Part shown: positions 17,572 to 26,309 of the stretch, one piece after another | Position numbering within the stretch: the first letter of the stretch is position 1 | Layout of the letters: each line of letters starts with the position of its first letter | Made by a program: the position numbers and the translations under genes | Notes under the pieces: model-generated | What the model was told of the DNA's origin: nothing | Databases searched by the model: none | What the model saw: the letters and a program-made list of their open reading frames with translations, nothing else | Assembly: GCF_000195755.1 (NCBI RefSeq) | Contig: NC_002937.3 | Coordinates: forward strand, 720,001 to 752,000 | DNA length: 32,000 bases | Direction: 5' to 3' | DNA from: Nitratidesulfovibrio vulgaris str. Hildenborough | Lineage (GTDB): Bacteria > Desulfobacterota > Desulfovibrionia > Desulfovibrionales > Desulfovibrionaceae

Positions 17572-18570
17572 CTACAGTACGTTGGCGCCTGAGAGCATCA
17601 GCACGAACCGTCGGAACATGTCGAGGTCGAGCTGGTCGCGCATTTCGCTCGACATGATGCGAAGCACCTGGAACGCGTTGCGGGCGGGGGCGTAAGCCCT
17701 GTTCGACGTGAGTGCGTCGTAGATGTCGGCGATGGTGATGGCACGGACGGGCAGGGGGATTTCGTCGCCGCGAAGTCCGCAGGGGTAGCCCGACCCGTCG
17801 AGCTTCTCGTGGTGGAACAGGATGCAGTTGATGGCGTCCTGCGAAAGGGGCATGCGTGCGCAGGCTCCCACGCCGAAGACGGGGTGTCTGTTCACCTCTT
17901 CACGTTCGTCCGGCGTGAGGGCGGCGGGCTTGGTGAGGATGGCGGCGTCGAGGAACGTCTTGCCGATGTCGTGCAGCATGGCACCGAGGCCGAACTGCAC
18001 GAGGCTGTCTTCGTCGAAGCCGTAGCTCTGCAGCAGCGCCTGTGAATACACGAAGACATGCAGCGAGTGTGAATAGGTATGGTAGTCGTGCGCGACGAGA
18101 GAGGCGACCGTCTTCAGCGAGTTCTCCAGCGTGAGAAAACTGATGCCCTCACTGACGAGGGCAAGGATGCGGTCGAACGTCTCTCTCTTCAGGGTGCGCG
18201 GAAGTTTCTTCTCGAAGACCTCTTTCACGATTTCGGTGGATGTCTCGTAGAAGAGGCGTGCCCGTTCGGGAAGAGGCAGCGAATCGTCGGACAGAACCCT
18301 GCCGAAGTGGCGCTCACGGTGCGAGATGAACGAGGGGTGCTGAGGCGCAGGGACAAAGACCTGCGTGACTCCATGCGCCCGCAGTTGCATCCTGTGGCGC
18401 ATGGTGAAGGCTTCATCTTCCTTGGCGTAGAGTACGAAGCCGCGTTCCTGTTTGAGATAGATGCTGAACCCGCCCCGCGCATCGGGGACGAGGAGTGAGG
18501 TCGGTACGGCGAAGTAGCCATCGACGGACTGTTGGATTGCTGCCGTAGCCTGCATCATGCGAGTGAGCAT
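17572..18570 (-). CDS. HD-GYP domain protein (putative c-di-GMP phosphodiesterase) with an N-terminal domain shared with its neighbour
   Basis: LHDIGKTFL...HPVFG...HHEKLDGSGYPCGL...ADIYDALTSNRAY are HD-GYP motifs. The start is uncertain; ATG 18570 or ATG 18558/18555. Confidence 0.85.
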   Translation of the reverse strand: MLTRMMQATAAIQQSVDGYFAVPTSLLVPDARGGFSIYLKQERGFVLYAKEDEAFTMRHRMQLRAHGVTQVFVPAPQHPSFISHRERHFGRVLSDDSLPLPERARLFYETSTEIVKEVFEKKLPRTLKRETFDRILALVSEGISFLTLENSLKTVASLVAHDYHTYSHSLHVFVYSQALLQSYGFDEDSLVQFGLGAMLHDIGKTFLDAAILTKPAALTPDEREEVNRHPVFGVGACARMPLSQDAINCILFHHEKLDGSGYPCGLRGDEIPLPVRAITIADIYDALTSNRAYAPARNAFQVLRIMSSEMRDQLDLDMFRRFVLMLSGANVL

Positions 18571-18683
18571 CCTGTGTATGGCCTATACGGCGGCGAAGCA
18601 GCCGCAAATGACCCCCCGCATGAGGCATGACGTAAATGCACAAGGTTGTCAATGGTGTGTGCTGTATTGTCGCAATCGCAGCG

Positions 18684-19673
18684 TCAACGCAGTGTATCCG
18701 GCCATACCCCGGCCATCTCCGCATCGGAGAGCATGGTTATGAATTCGCGTAGCAAGTAGAGGTCAAGCGTTGAATGGTGTTCGCTACGCATCAGTTGAAG
18801 CGCCATGAAGGGGGTGAGGCGCGCTTCGCCGGGGGCGGTCGTCAGAAGGTCGTAGGTGTCGGCGATGGCAAGTGCACGCACGGCTGTGGGGATGTTCTCG
18901 TCCTTGACGCCCGCAGGAAAACCGCTGCCGTCGAGCCTTTCGTGGTGCAGCATGATGCAGTGCAGTGCCTCTTGTGACAAAGGCACCTGTGCCACCAGAC
19001 CGACTCCGAGGGTGGGGTGCGTGCGATAGATGTGCTCTTCATGTTTCGTGAGAGAATGCCTGTGGCGCGTTATGGCGCGGGGCAGCCGGGCGAGGCCGAT
19101 ATCATGCAGCAGCACACCCAACCCGGTCCGTACGAGGTCGGTTTGCGCATAGCCAAGACGGGCAAGCAGTGGCACCGTGAGTGCATAGACGTTGACGCTG
19201 TGCGAATAGGCACTGAAGTCGCAGTCGAGAAGCTGTCCCAATGCCTTGAGGGTGCCCTGTTCGCACAGGAAGCGCAACGACATGGTCACAAGACTTTGCA
19301 ATCGTTCAAAGAGAATGCCGTCGACCGGGGCTGGCAAACGTGTGCCGAACGTGTCGCGCAGGAGTTCGGTCGTGGCACAGTGGAAGGCGCTGGCCCTGTG
19401 TTCGACCGGCAGCCTGTCGTCTTCGAGAATATGGGCAAGGTGACGTTCGAGGTACAGGCCGAAATTCTGTCTCTGGTCGACACGGACATAGACTTCTGAA
19501 GTGCCATTCTCGTGCAATCTGCGGCTGTGTCGTTCCGTGAAGGTCTCTCCTGCCTTTGCATAGAGGATGAGACGTTCATCCTTGCGAATGAACACGCTGA
19601 AAGACCCTAGTGCCTGCGGTACGATCAGTAGGGGAGAGATGGGGAAGTAGCGCGGATCGTCGTGGCGGGGCAT
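18684..19673 (-). CDS. HD-GYP domain protein, tandem paralogue
   Basis: ORF 18684..20216, trimmed to ATG 19673 (MPRHDDPRYFPISPLLIVPQ...), because the upstream 180 codons overlap the divergent MCP gene and are Ser/Arg/Ala-rich. LHDIGLARL...HPTLG...HHERLDGSGFPAGV...ADTYDLLT are HD-GYP motifs. Confidence 0.8.
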   Translation of the reverse strand: MPRHDDPRYFPISPLLIVPQALGSFSVFIRKDERLILYAKAGETFTERHSRRLHENGTSEVYVRVDQRQNFGLYLERHLAHILEDDRLPVEHRASAFHCATTELLRDTFGTRLPAPVDGILFERLQSLVTMSLRFLCEQGTLKALGQLLDCDFSAYSHSVNVYALTVPLLARLGYAQTDLVRTGLGVLLHDIGLARLPRAITRHRHSLTKHEEHIYRTHPTLGVGLVAQVPLSQEALHCIMLHHERLDGSGFPAGVKDENIPTAVRALAIADTYDLLTTAPGEARLTPFMALQLMRSEHHSTLDLYLLREFITMLSDAEMAGVWPDTLR

Positions 19674-19842
19674 GGCTTGATTGTGACCGTGGCGTTGCAG
19701 CTGTGCGGCGGATGTGTTGCGTTGCGGAGGTCGACCCGGTAAGAGGAAAAGCCCTCCAGCGGTGCTATGGTCCGGTAGGATGCCCGTAGACGCCGTGGGG
19801 GAGATGCCGTAGCGGCGGACAATACGCCGCAAGGAGGTCGAA

Positions 19843-21429
19843 ATGCAAGGTTTTCGTGCGCTGTATATTCCCGCCAGCATCCTTACGGTGCTGGTTCTGG
19901 TCGCTATCGGGGGCTTCTGGTGCATCGCCGCCAAGGCAGGGACCGGTCCCCTTGAGGCAGGCGCGGTGTGGCGAGTCGCCGCTGCGACGCTCGCCCTGGT
20001 CGTCGCTTGCGTGGCCGCTCTGTGCATATGGTTCGGCGTAGCCATCCGCAGGCCCATCGATGATGTCATGACGCGACTCGACCGCATGCTCGACGGTGAT
20101 ACGAAGCTCTGCTTCGCTTGCGACAAGGTCGACGCCTTCGGGGAGATGCGGCTTGCGCTCGATACGCTCGTGGGCAGGTTGCGGCAGAATCTCGGGTTCG
20201 CACAGGGGGTGCTCAAGGGAATCGATACGCCCTTTGTCGTGGTCGACGCGCATGAGAAACTCTCCTACACCAACAGCAACCTGCTGGACATCCTGCAACA
20301 TGACGGTCGGCCGGAAGACTACTACGGCCAGAACGTGGCCCATTTCTTCTACGGTGATGCAAGCAGGCGCACCGTTCTGCGCGACAGCATCGAGCAGGGC
20401 ACCATCGCCCGCCGTGAGGTCGACCTCGTGGGGCGCAAGGGGGGCAAGCGCAGGCTGCATATCAACGCATCGCCGCTCTACGACCTTGACGGCACACTCA
20501 TGGGCGCGCTGTGTATCTATCAGGATCTTACGGAGTTGCGCGCACGCGAGGCCGAGTTGAGTGCCCAGAATGCGCGTATCGCCGAAGCTGCCGCCACGTC
20601 GGAAGCCATTTCCGACGAGGTCGCCCGCACTGCCGCCGCACTCGCTGAACAGGTGCGGGGTGCCAGCGGGGTTGCCGTGCAGCAGTCGCAGCGTGCACGT
20701 GAGGCCACCATCGCCATGGAACAGATGAACGATGCTGTGCTTTCCGTGGCGCGAAGCGCTTCCGAGGCCGCTTCAGAGGCCGAGGCGGCGCGCAGACGTG
20801 CCGAGGGCGGCGCAGATGTCGTACGCAACGCCATGGCCGCCATCGACGAGGTCGACCGTCTCGCCGCCGGACTCAAGCAGCAACTCGGTGACCTTGGTGG
20901 AAGGGCCGATGGTATCGGGCGCGTCATCGACGTCATCTCCGACATCGCCGACCAGACCAACCTGCTTGCCCTCAACGCCGCCATCGAAGCGGCCCGTGCA
21001 GGGGATGCGGGGCGCGGCTTCGCCGTCGTTGCGGACGAGGTACGCAAACTGGCCGAAAAGACGATGCAGGCCACGCAGGAAGTGGGCAACGCCATCCGTG
21101 CCATTCAGGAAGGGACCCGTTCCGCCGTACAGGGCATGGAGACCGCCGTGGGGGCTGTGGAACGGTCGCGCGAACTCTCGGCACAGTCGGGCGAGGCCTT
21201 GTCAGGCATCGTCGAACTGGTCGTGCAGAGCAGCGATCAGGTACAGTCCATCGCCGCGGCAGCGGAGCAGCAGTCCTCCACCAGCGAGAGCATCAACAGG
21301 TCGGTCGAAGCCGTGCGCGAGAGTGCAGATGGTCTTACTGGCGAGATGGAAGCGGCTGGCAGGGCTGTGCGCTCCCTTGCCGAGATGACCGGAAGACTGC
21401 ACGACCTTGTGCACGGGATGGCGGTCTAG
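19843..21429 (+). CDS. Methyl-accepting chemotaxis protein (2 TM with a minimal outer loop, HAMP, PAS, MA domain)
   Basis: AAGGAGG lies 5 nt upstream of the ATG. Two hydrophobic segments are followed by HAMP ([16 protein letters not shown]...[15 protein letters not shown]). A PAS-like stretch follows ([18 protein letters not shown]...[26 protein letters not shown]). The signalling hairpin is [40 protein letters not shown]. Confidence 0.9.
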   Translation: MQGFRALYIPASILTVLVLVAIGGFWCIAAKAGTGPLEAGAVWRVAAATLALVVACVAALCIWFGVAIRRPIDDVMTRLDRMLDGDTKLCFACDKVDAFGEMRLALDTLVGRLRQNLGFAQGVLKGIDTPFVVVDAHEKLSYTNSNLLDILQHDGRPEDYYGQNVAHFFYGDASRRTVLRDSIEQGTIARREVDLVGRKGGKRRLHINASPLYDLDGTLMGALCIYQDLTELRAREAELSAQNARIAEAAATSEAISDEVARTAAALAEQVRGASGVAVQQSQRAREATIAMEQMNDAVLSVARSASEAASEAEAARRRAEGGADVVRNAMAAIDEVDRLAAGLKQQLGDLGGRADGIGRVIDVISDIADQTNLLALNAAIEAARAGDAGRGFAVVADEVRKLAEKTMQATQEVGNAIRAIQEGTRSAVQGMETAVGAVERSRELSAQSGEALSGIVELVVQSSDQVQSIAAAAEQQSSTSESINRSVEAVRESADGLTGEMEAAGRAVRSLAEMTGRLHDLVHGMAV

Positions 21430-21582
21430 TTGTAACTTGTCTCATGCGAGCAGTAGCCGGGACGATGTCCTTGGTATACAAGTCATGTTGTCCAGTCGTG
21501 TCCCAGAAGTGGTCCAAGGCGAGGACGGGCTACGATGGCAGGCCGGTGGAGAGGGTAAAGACTACGTGAGGTCTGGGAAAAA

Positions 21583-22365
21583 GTGACAGATGGTATGCGG
21601 ACATTACAGCTGCTGACATGCATAGACCAGGATTTCGAAGAGTTCGCCTGTGGCTTGCGCACAACCGTAGCATCGTATGACAACGTCGACTTGGTTATCT
21701 ACGATATAGATACTCGAACTCCGGAGAAGATGGCTTCTGCCCAGTACAAGGCTCGAGTTTCACCGACCTACAAGAGCCTGGACTGTCATAACAATATCAT
21801 CGCTAACCATAAGCCGTCGTGTATTCTTGACTTCCTTGACCGGACAGGTGCTCCATGTCTTTGTATCGATGCGGACTGTCTTCTGACAGGGCGCATCGAC
21901 CTCGCCGTATTCGAAGGGGCTGACCTCTGCATCACTCCGCGTGGCGTGCGAGAGAGCAAGGCGCACCACCTGCGGAACGGGCTTCTCAACTCAGGGGTTG
22001 TGTTCTTCGCGAATAACGAGCGGGTACGAAGTTTCGTGGCTGAATGGCATGAGGCCTGTATGGCTTCGGCCGTTTCAGACCAGAAGGCGCTCAGTGACTT
22101 GCTGGAAGGGGGCATCGACTTCTCTCGCCTTGGGGATCAATCGTGCCGGGGGATGACTGTGAGGTTGCTCGACCCCGAAGTCTATAACGATACGACGTGC
22201 CGGACGGGAATCATCTTCCATTGCAAGAGCGTAGGAAGGCTTGCCCGGAAATATGTCGCCTACAGGCTGCTTCTTTTGTGGTTGAAGTATATGCCGCGTT
22301 TCGCATCGTATGTTATAGGTCTCAACAGGCGCTATCGCTGGATTGTCTATCGTCAAAGGGGTTGA
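21583..22365 (+). CDS. Putative GT-A-fold glycosyltransferase (nucleotide-diphospho-sugar transferase-like)
   Basis: 260-aa ORF; GTG 21583 or ATG 21595. Has a DxD-like CIDADC, NSGVVFFANNERVRSFVAEWHEA and DQKALSDLL, which resemble GT8/Nucleotid_trans-type enzymes. GC is lower than in the flanks. The family call is tentative. Confidence 0.55.
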   Translation: MTDGMRTLQLLTCIDQDFEEFACGLRTTVASYDNVDLVIYDIDTRTPEKMASAQYKARVSPTYKSLDCHNNIIANHKPSCILDFLDRTGAPCLCIDADCLLTGRIDLAVFEGADLCITPRGVRESKAHHLRNGLLNSGVVFFANNERVRSFVAEWHEACMASAVSDQKALSDLLEGGIDFSRLGDQSCRGMTVRLLDPEVYNDTTCRTGIIFHCKSVGRLARKYVAYRLLLLWLKYMPRFASYVIGLNRRYRWIVYRQRG

Positions 22366-23657
22366 TGGTCGTTCGCCAGTTTGCCTTGCGGTCAGTGGCC
22401 CTGAAATTATCGTCGTATCAAGAGACGTCGGTCAGGATTGGTCGCATGCATTTTTCTAGTCGATTCACTATGGAAGGCCTATTCCTTGGAATGCTGACAG
22501 GGCTTTTTGTGATGCTCGGGCTGAACAGGGGGGTCTATCCCTTCATGTGGGGGGCAGGCATCACGGCCCTGTTCCTGCTTTACCGTGTCTGCCGAAGGTC
22601 CGAGATGGCATGCTTCGCCCAGGTGGCCTTGTTGCCTTTTGTCTTTATCGGCTACGTCATGTTGTCACCATCCGACTTCGGTGCGGATTTCCCCCTTGGG
22701 GGGATGTATCTATGTGCGTATCTCACCGGCTTGAGCCTCGGTTTTGTCCGTCCTCGCGCCATGTGGATTCCATTGCTGGGCCTCGCTCTTGTCATAGTCT
22801 TGTCTCTGCCTGTCGGATGGCTGGTCGTGGGGCGAGAAACTCTTTTTTTTCATGGTCGTCTTAAGCTTTTCTTTCATCATCCTGCGGTGCTTGCCACATT
22901 GGCTCTGTGGTGTGCCCTGTATCTGGTCACATCGTGGCGCGATATCCCGGGGCAATGGCGTTGGGTGTGGAGTTGTGCCGCCGGGGCTTGCGTGGTGTTC
23001 GCCGTATTGTCCATGGCACGAGCGCCGCTGTTCGGGTTCATGGCCGCGGTAACAGTGCTGTTTGTCCTTCGTTGGAAACGGGTGGGGCTGCGTTTCCTTG
23101 TGGCATGCATGGTGTTGGTTGGGATTGGGGTCGTGCTGTTGTCTGCAGGTGAACGGGGGCGTCTTGTGGCCAGTATCGCAGCCCCGTTGGAACAGCCAAG
23201 CCTGATTTCGCGAAAGCCCATATGGGAAGCCGCATGGAGCGGTTTTGTCGAGTCTCCTTTGCTCGGCAACACACTGTCTGCGTTTCATTCCCATTATGAG
23301 GAGTATATCACTACGAATGAAGAGCGGCTGCACGCCCAATACCCGGTCGTCGAGAGGTCCTTGCGGTATCCGCATAGTACCTATCTGGCCGTGCTCTTCG
23401 GCTTCGGTCTTTTCGGCACCCTACTGCTTGTGGTGGCTTTCGTGCCAGCAGTGTGCCTTTCTTTGAGGGCAAACGACCTGTTCTTGCCGTGTGTCGTCGT
23501 ATTCATGCTTGTATACGGCACGGTGGAGGCATCGCTCCATCGCAAGGATGGTGCTATGGAACTCTTCTTCCCTCTCGGTGTGGCCTGTGGTCGGCTGGTT
23601 AGCCGTGAAAGACGGGAGCCTGACGTCATCGCCAAGGCGCAAACGCTGCCGTCCTGA
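22365..23657 (+). CDS. O-antigen ligase/polymerase-like (Wzy_C) polytopic membrane protein
   Basis: ORF 22197..23657. ATG 22365 overlaps the upstream TGA as TGATG. At least 10 hydrophobic segments. SMARAPLFGFMAAVTVLFVL... and ...YPHSTYLAVLFGFGLFGTLLLV resemble the O-antigen ligase domain and its H-x-x-YL...G motif. Later starts such as ATG 22446 are possible. Confidence 0.65.
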   Translation: MVVRQFALRSVALKLSSYQETSVRIGRMHFSSRFTMEGLFLGMLTGLFVMLGLNRGVYPFMWGAGITALFLLYRVCRRSEMACFAQVALLPFVFIGYVMLSPSDFGADFPLGGMYLCAYLTGLSLGFVRPRAMWIPLLGLALVIVLSLPVGWLVVGRETLFFHGRLKLFFHHPAVLATLALWCALYLVTSWRDIPGQWRWVWSCAAGACVVFAVLSMARAPLFGFMAAVTVLFVLRWKRVGLRFLVACMVLVGIGVVLLSAGERGRLVASIAAPLEQPSLISRKPIWEAAWSGFVESPLLGNTLSAFHSHYEEYITTNEERLHAQYPVVERSLRYPHSTYLAVLFGFGLFGTLLLVVAFVPAVCLSLRANDLFLPCVVVFMLVYGTVEASLHRKDGAMELFFPLGVACGRLVSRERREPDVIAKAQTLPS

Positions 23658-23754
23658 GTGTGACTGTTCTGGTATGGATGCACAGGCGTGAGCAGATATC
23701 AGCCTGTCGTCTCAGAATCTGCTCTGCTGTTGAGCCTTTCCATGGTTTGACCAT

Positions 23755-23793
23755 GCAAGAGGGGGATGTCCCGTCGGGACATCCCCCTCTTGC
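23755..23793. terminator. Strong bidirectional terminator hairpin between convergent genes
   Basis: GCAAGAGGGGGATGTCCC-GTC-GGGACATCCCCCTCTTGC is a perfect 18-bp stem. It lies between the ligase-like stop (23657) and the GltB-like stop (23817). Confidence 0.75.
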
Positions 23794-23816
23794 AATTGTC
23801 ATAGTCTGGTTAAGCC

Positions 23817-25454
23817 CTATCTGCGGAGAATCGCCTTGGCGAACTCGTCCTGCACATCGGTGATGAAGGGGATGCCGGTCTCGCGCTCGGTCTCGCGGTT
23901 GCCGGAGGCGATGTCCTCGCGGGCAATCTGGTCGAGGCGGAACTTGCGGGCCCCGGCCATGAGCTGCTGCACACCGGCGCCAAGCTTGTCGAGCATGGTC
24001 CACATGGCGATGGCACCATAGGGCAGGGTCTTCATGGCTTCGGCACCCAGCTTCTGCTGGACGTCGTGGTACCCCGCGAAGATTTCCTCTGCGGTGGAAC
24101 CGAGTTCGCTCACGGTCTTGGGCAGGCTGTCCCAGTTGCCGCAGACCTTTTCGCGGTTCTCGGGCTTGAGGACGCCTTCGATGTTGGAGCCGAGGAAGCC
24201 CGGAATCATCATGGCGCGGCCCATGCAGATGAGCTTGGTGTAGGGTGCGCCAAGGGCCAGTGCCTTGAATATCTGGCTCGGCTTGGCAAAGCCGCCGGCA
24301 AAGGAGAGGTCGACCACCTTCTCGCCGCGTGCGGCAAGGATGGAGGCGTATTCGTGCGCCTTCGAGTGCAGCAGGATGGACGGCACGCCCCATGTTTCCA
24401 TCATGTCCCACGGGCTCATGCCGGTGCCGCCGCCGGAACCGTCGATGGTGAGCAGGTCGAGCTTGCATTCGGTGGCGAAGCGGATGGCCATGGCCAGAGC
24501 TTCCATGCCGTAGGAACCGGTCTTCAGCGAGACGCGCTGGAAGCCGAGTTTGCGCAGGTAGGCGACCTGGTTGACGAAGCTCTCACGAACCTGTTCGTAG
24601 CTGGACAGGTCGGTGTAGCCGAGTCGGCTGTGGCGGGCAAAACCCTTGACCGCTCCGGCCTTGAAGGCGGCCTGTACTTCGGGGCGGCTCGGGTCGGGGT
24701 CGACGAGGTAGCCGCGCTCCTTGAGGAACAGGGCGTAGTCGAGGCTCTTCACTTCGATTTCGCCGCCGATATCCTTCGCGCCCTGGCCCCACTTCAGTTC
24801 GATGATGACCTTGTCGCCGTACTTCTCCGCCACGTATTCGGCCACACCGTTGCGGGTGTCTTCGACGTTGAGCTGTACGATGATGGCACCGTGTCCGTCG
24901 TAGTAGCGCAGATAGCCGTCGATGCGGCGTTCGAGTTCGGGCGCCTTGACGATGCGACCGTTCTTGAGTTCGGCGGCACGGTCCACGCCCACCACGTTCT
25001 CGCCGATGACGATGGGCACGCCGCAGATGGCGCAGCCGGTGGCGAACGCATCCCAGTACTTGGCAGCCACGAAGGTGGAACCGAGGGCGCCGGTCATGAG
25101 CGGGTAGCGGCACGAGGTCTTGTGCTCGGCACCGAACGTGGTCTCGAGGGATACGTCGGTGAACAGGGCGTCGCCCTGCGCGGCCTTGGCTGCATCACCG
25201 CCATTGGCGCCGTAGTTGTACCCCTGAATGCGGAGAGAATTGTAGGACACGCCAACGTGGGTGGTGTTGCCGCTGCCAGCGGTGACGATGCCGAAATCGC
25301 GGGGGTAGAGCGTCTCGCGGCCCTTGAGGCAGGAAAGCCACGTTTCGCACTTGCCCATACAGTCGGCACGGCACAGTGTGCACAGGCCGGATTCAACGAT
25401 ATTGCCACGGTTGGTGGTGCCAAGGACGTCATTGCTCTTCAGCAGCTGGGACAT
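23817..25454 (-). CDS. Glutamate-synthase-related FMN oxidoreductase (stand-alone GltB FMN-domain homologue with an N-terminal Cys cluster)
   Basis: 545 aa with GGAGG upstream. The N-terminal CTLCRADCMGKCETWLSC is a Cys cluster. The central and C-terminal ...LKTGSYGMEALAMAIRFA...LLTIDGSGGGTGMSPWDMMETWGVP... matches the Glu_synthase FMN-domain signature. Confidence 0.85.
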   Translation of the reverse strand: MSQLLKSNDVLGTTNRGNIVESGLCTLCRADCMGKCETWLSCLKGRETLYPRDFGIVTAGSGNTTHVGVSYNSLRIQGYNYGANGGDAAKAAQGDALFTDVSLETTFGAEHKTSCRYPLMTGALGSTFVAAKYWDAFATGCAICGVPIVIGENVVGVDRAAELKNGRIVKAPELERRIDGYLRYYDGHGAIIVQLNVEDTRNGVAEYVAEKYGDKVIIELKWGQGAKDIGGEIEVKSLDYALFLKERGYLVDPDPSRPEVQAAFKAGAVKGFARHSRLGYTDLSSYEQVRESFVNQVAYLRKLGFQRVSLKTGSYGMEALAMAIRFATECKLDLLTIDGSGGGTGMSPWDMMETWGVPSILLHSKAHEYASILAARGEKVVDLSFAGGFAKPSQIFKALALGAPYTKLICMGRAMMIPGFLGSNIEGVLKPENREKVCGNWDSLPKTVSELGSTAEEIFAGYHDVQQKLGAEAMKTLPYGAIAMWTMLDKLGAGVQQLMAGARKFRLDQIAREDIASGNRETERETGIPFITDVQDEFAKAILRR

Positions 25455-25539
25455 GAGACCTCCAGAGGGGGGGAATTACGAAGTCGGTGTCTGCCCACTA
25501 ATACCGGTTACGGCAAATGGCAAAATATTGGTGGATGAA

Positions 25540-25900
25540 AAATCTGTGCAAAATTGATTGAAAAGGACGTGATATTGATATTGATTCGTTAACTATGGGT
25601 GTAAATATTTATTGATAGTATTTAGTTTGCGTAATGCCTCGATTATCAGCGAAGTAACTATTGTGAATAATCAGGGTCATAAAATGAAAATAGAACTTTT
25701 TTTAAAAAATCAAATCGGTTTATTTGTGATAAGATTATTTTTGAATCGTATAATCATCCATTGATGATCATTCTGTGAAAAATTGCATCGTTAATTACAA
25801 AAATGTAACATAATCTAAAAAAAACAAAAAATAGCGCAAAAATCACTTTTTTGTTGTGAGCAGATCTCTTTCATCTGTGCACATCGAAAAAAATAACAAA
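25540..25900. other. Extremely AT-rich intergenic tract
   Basis: Hand count over 25561..25860 gives 79 G+C out of 300, or 26%, against roughly 65% in the flanking genes. Contains A/T tracts (AAAAAAAACAAAAAA, TTTTTTTAAAAAA), TGAAAA half-sites, and TTGAT/GATATT repeats (GATATTGATATTGATT). Confidence 0.9.
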
Positions 25901-26309
25901 ATTGGGCATGAACTCGTGTGCACGCCATGTCCCAAGCAGGATATTGACAGAAGCGTACAGCTGGATTGCTGCCATGTGCCATGGGTGGGTGCGCTGCCTG
26001 AAATGCGATAGCCTTCTCCAGACACTTCCGCGCCCGGTGGCGTACCGGTCAGGCGGCCCGCATGCCACCGTCCGTCCCATTGCCGGTCGAATGCTGTTCA
26101 TGGCGCCGTTAGCGACTGCACCCGGTCAGGGGGCATGCGGGGGGCTGACTGGGCACTCCCCCGTGCTGTGCTTCCGGAGGCGTGAGGTGCGCGAATGGCG
26201 TAGGGTCGCGCAACGGCTGGACATGGGATGGCCCGGTCTGGTGCCGGAAAACGCCCTGATGTGTCGTTTGCGCTTGGCATGAAGCATCCTGACGGGCTAT
26301 ATCTCTGGT

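Noticed and set aside
19170-19185. A good sigma-54-like motif, TGGCACCGTGAGTGCA, on the plus strand.
   Set aside because: It lies inside the HD-GYP coding region, antisense to it, and about 660 bp from the next plus-strand gene. It is probably a chance or silent site.
19674-20216. A 180-codon N-terminal extension of the second HD-GYP ORF (18684..20216).
   Set aside because: It overlaps the divergent MCP gene and its RBS. Its composition is Ser/Arg/Thr/Ala-rich. Homology to the paralogous neighbour begins only at MPRHDDPRYFP (ATG 19673).
21430-23816. Direct repeats or att-like sites flanking the lower-GC glycosyltransferase/ligase cassette.
   Set aside because: By eye, the two borders share only trivial matches (TGGTAT). 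There is no integrase, transposase or tRNA gene nearby, so I make no mobile-element call.
25528-25545. A DnaA-box-like GGTGGATGA next to the AT-rich tract, considered as a possible replication origin or DNA unwinding element.
   Set aside because: It is a single imperfect box. There is no cluster of boxes and no dnaA/dnaN context. The flanking genes are metabolic and transport genes.
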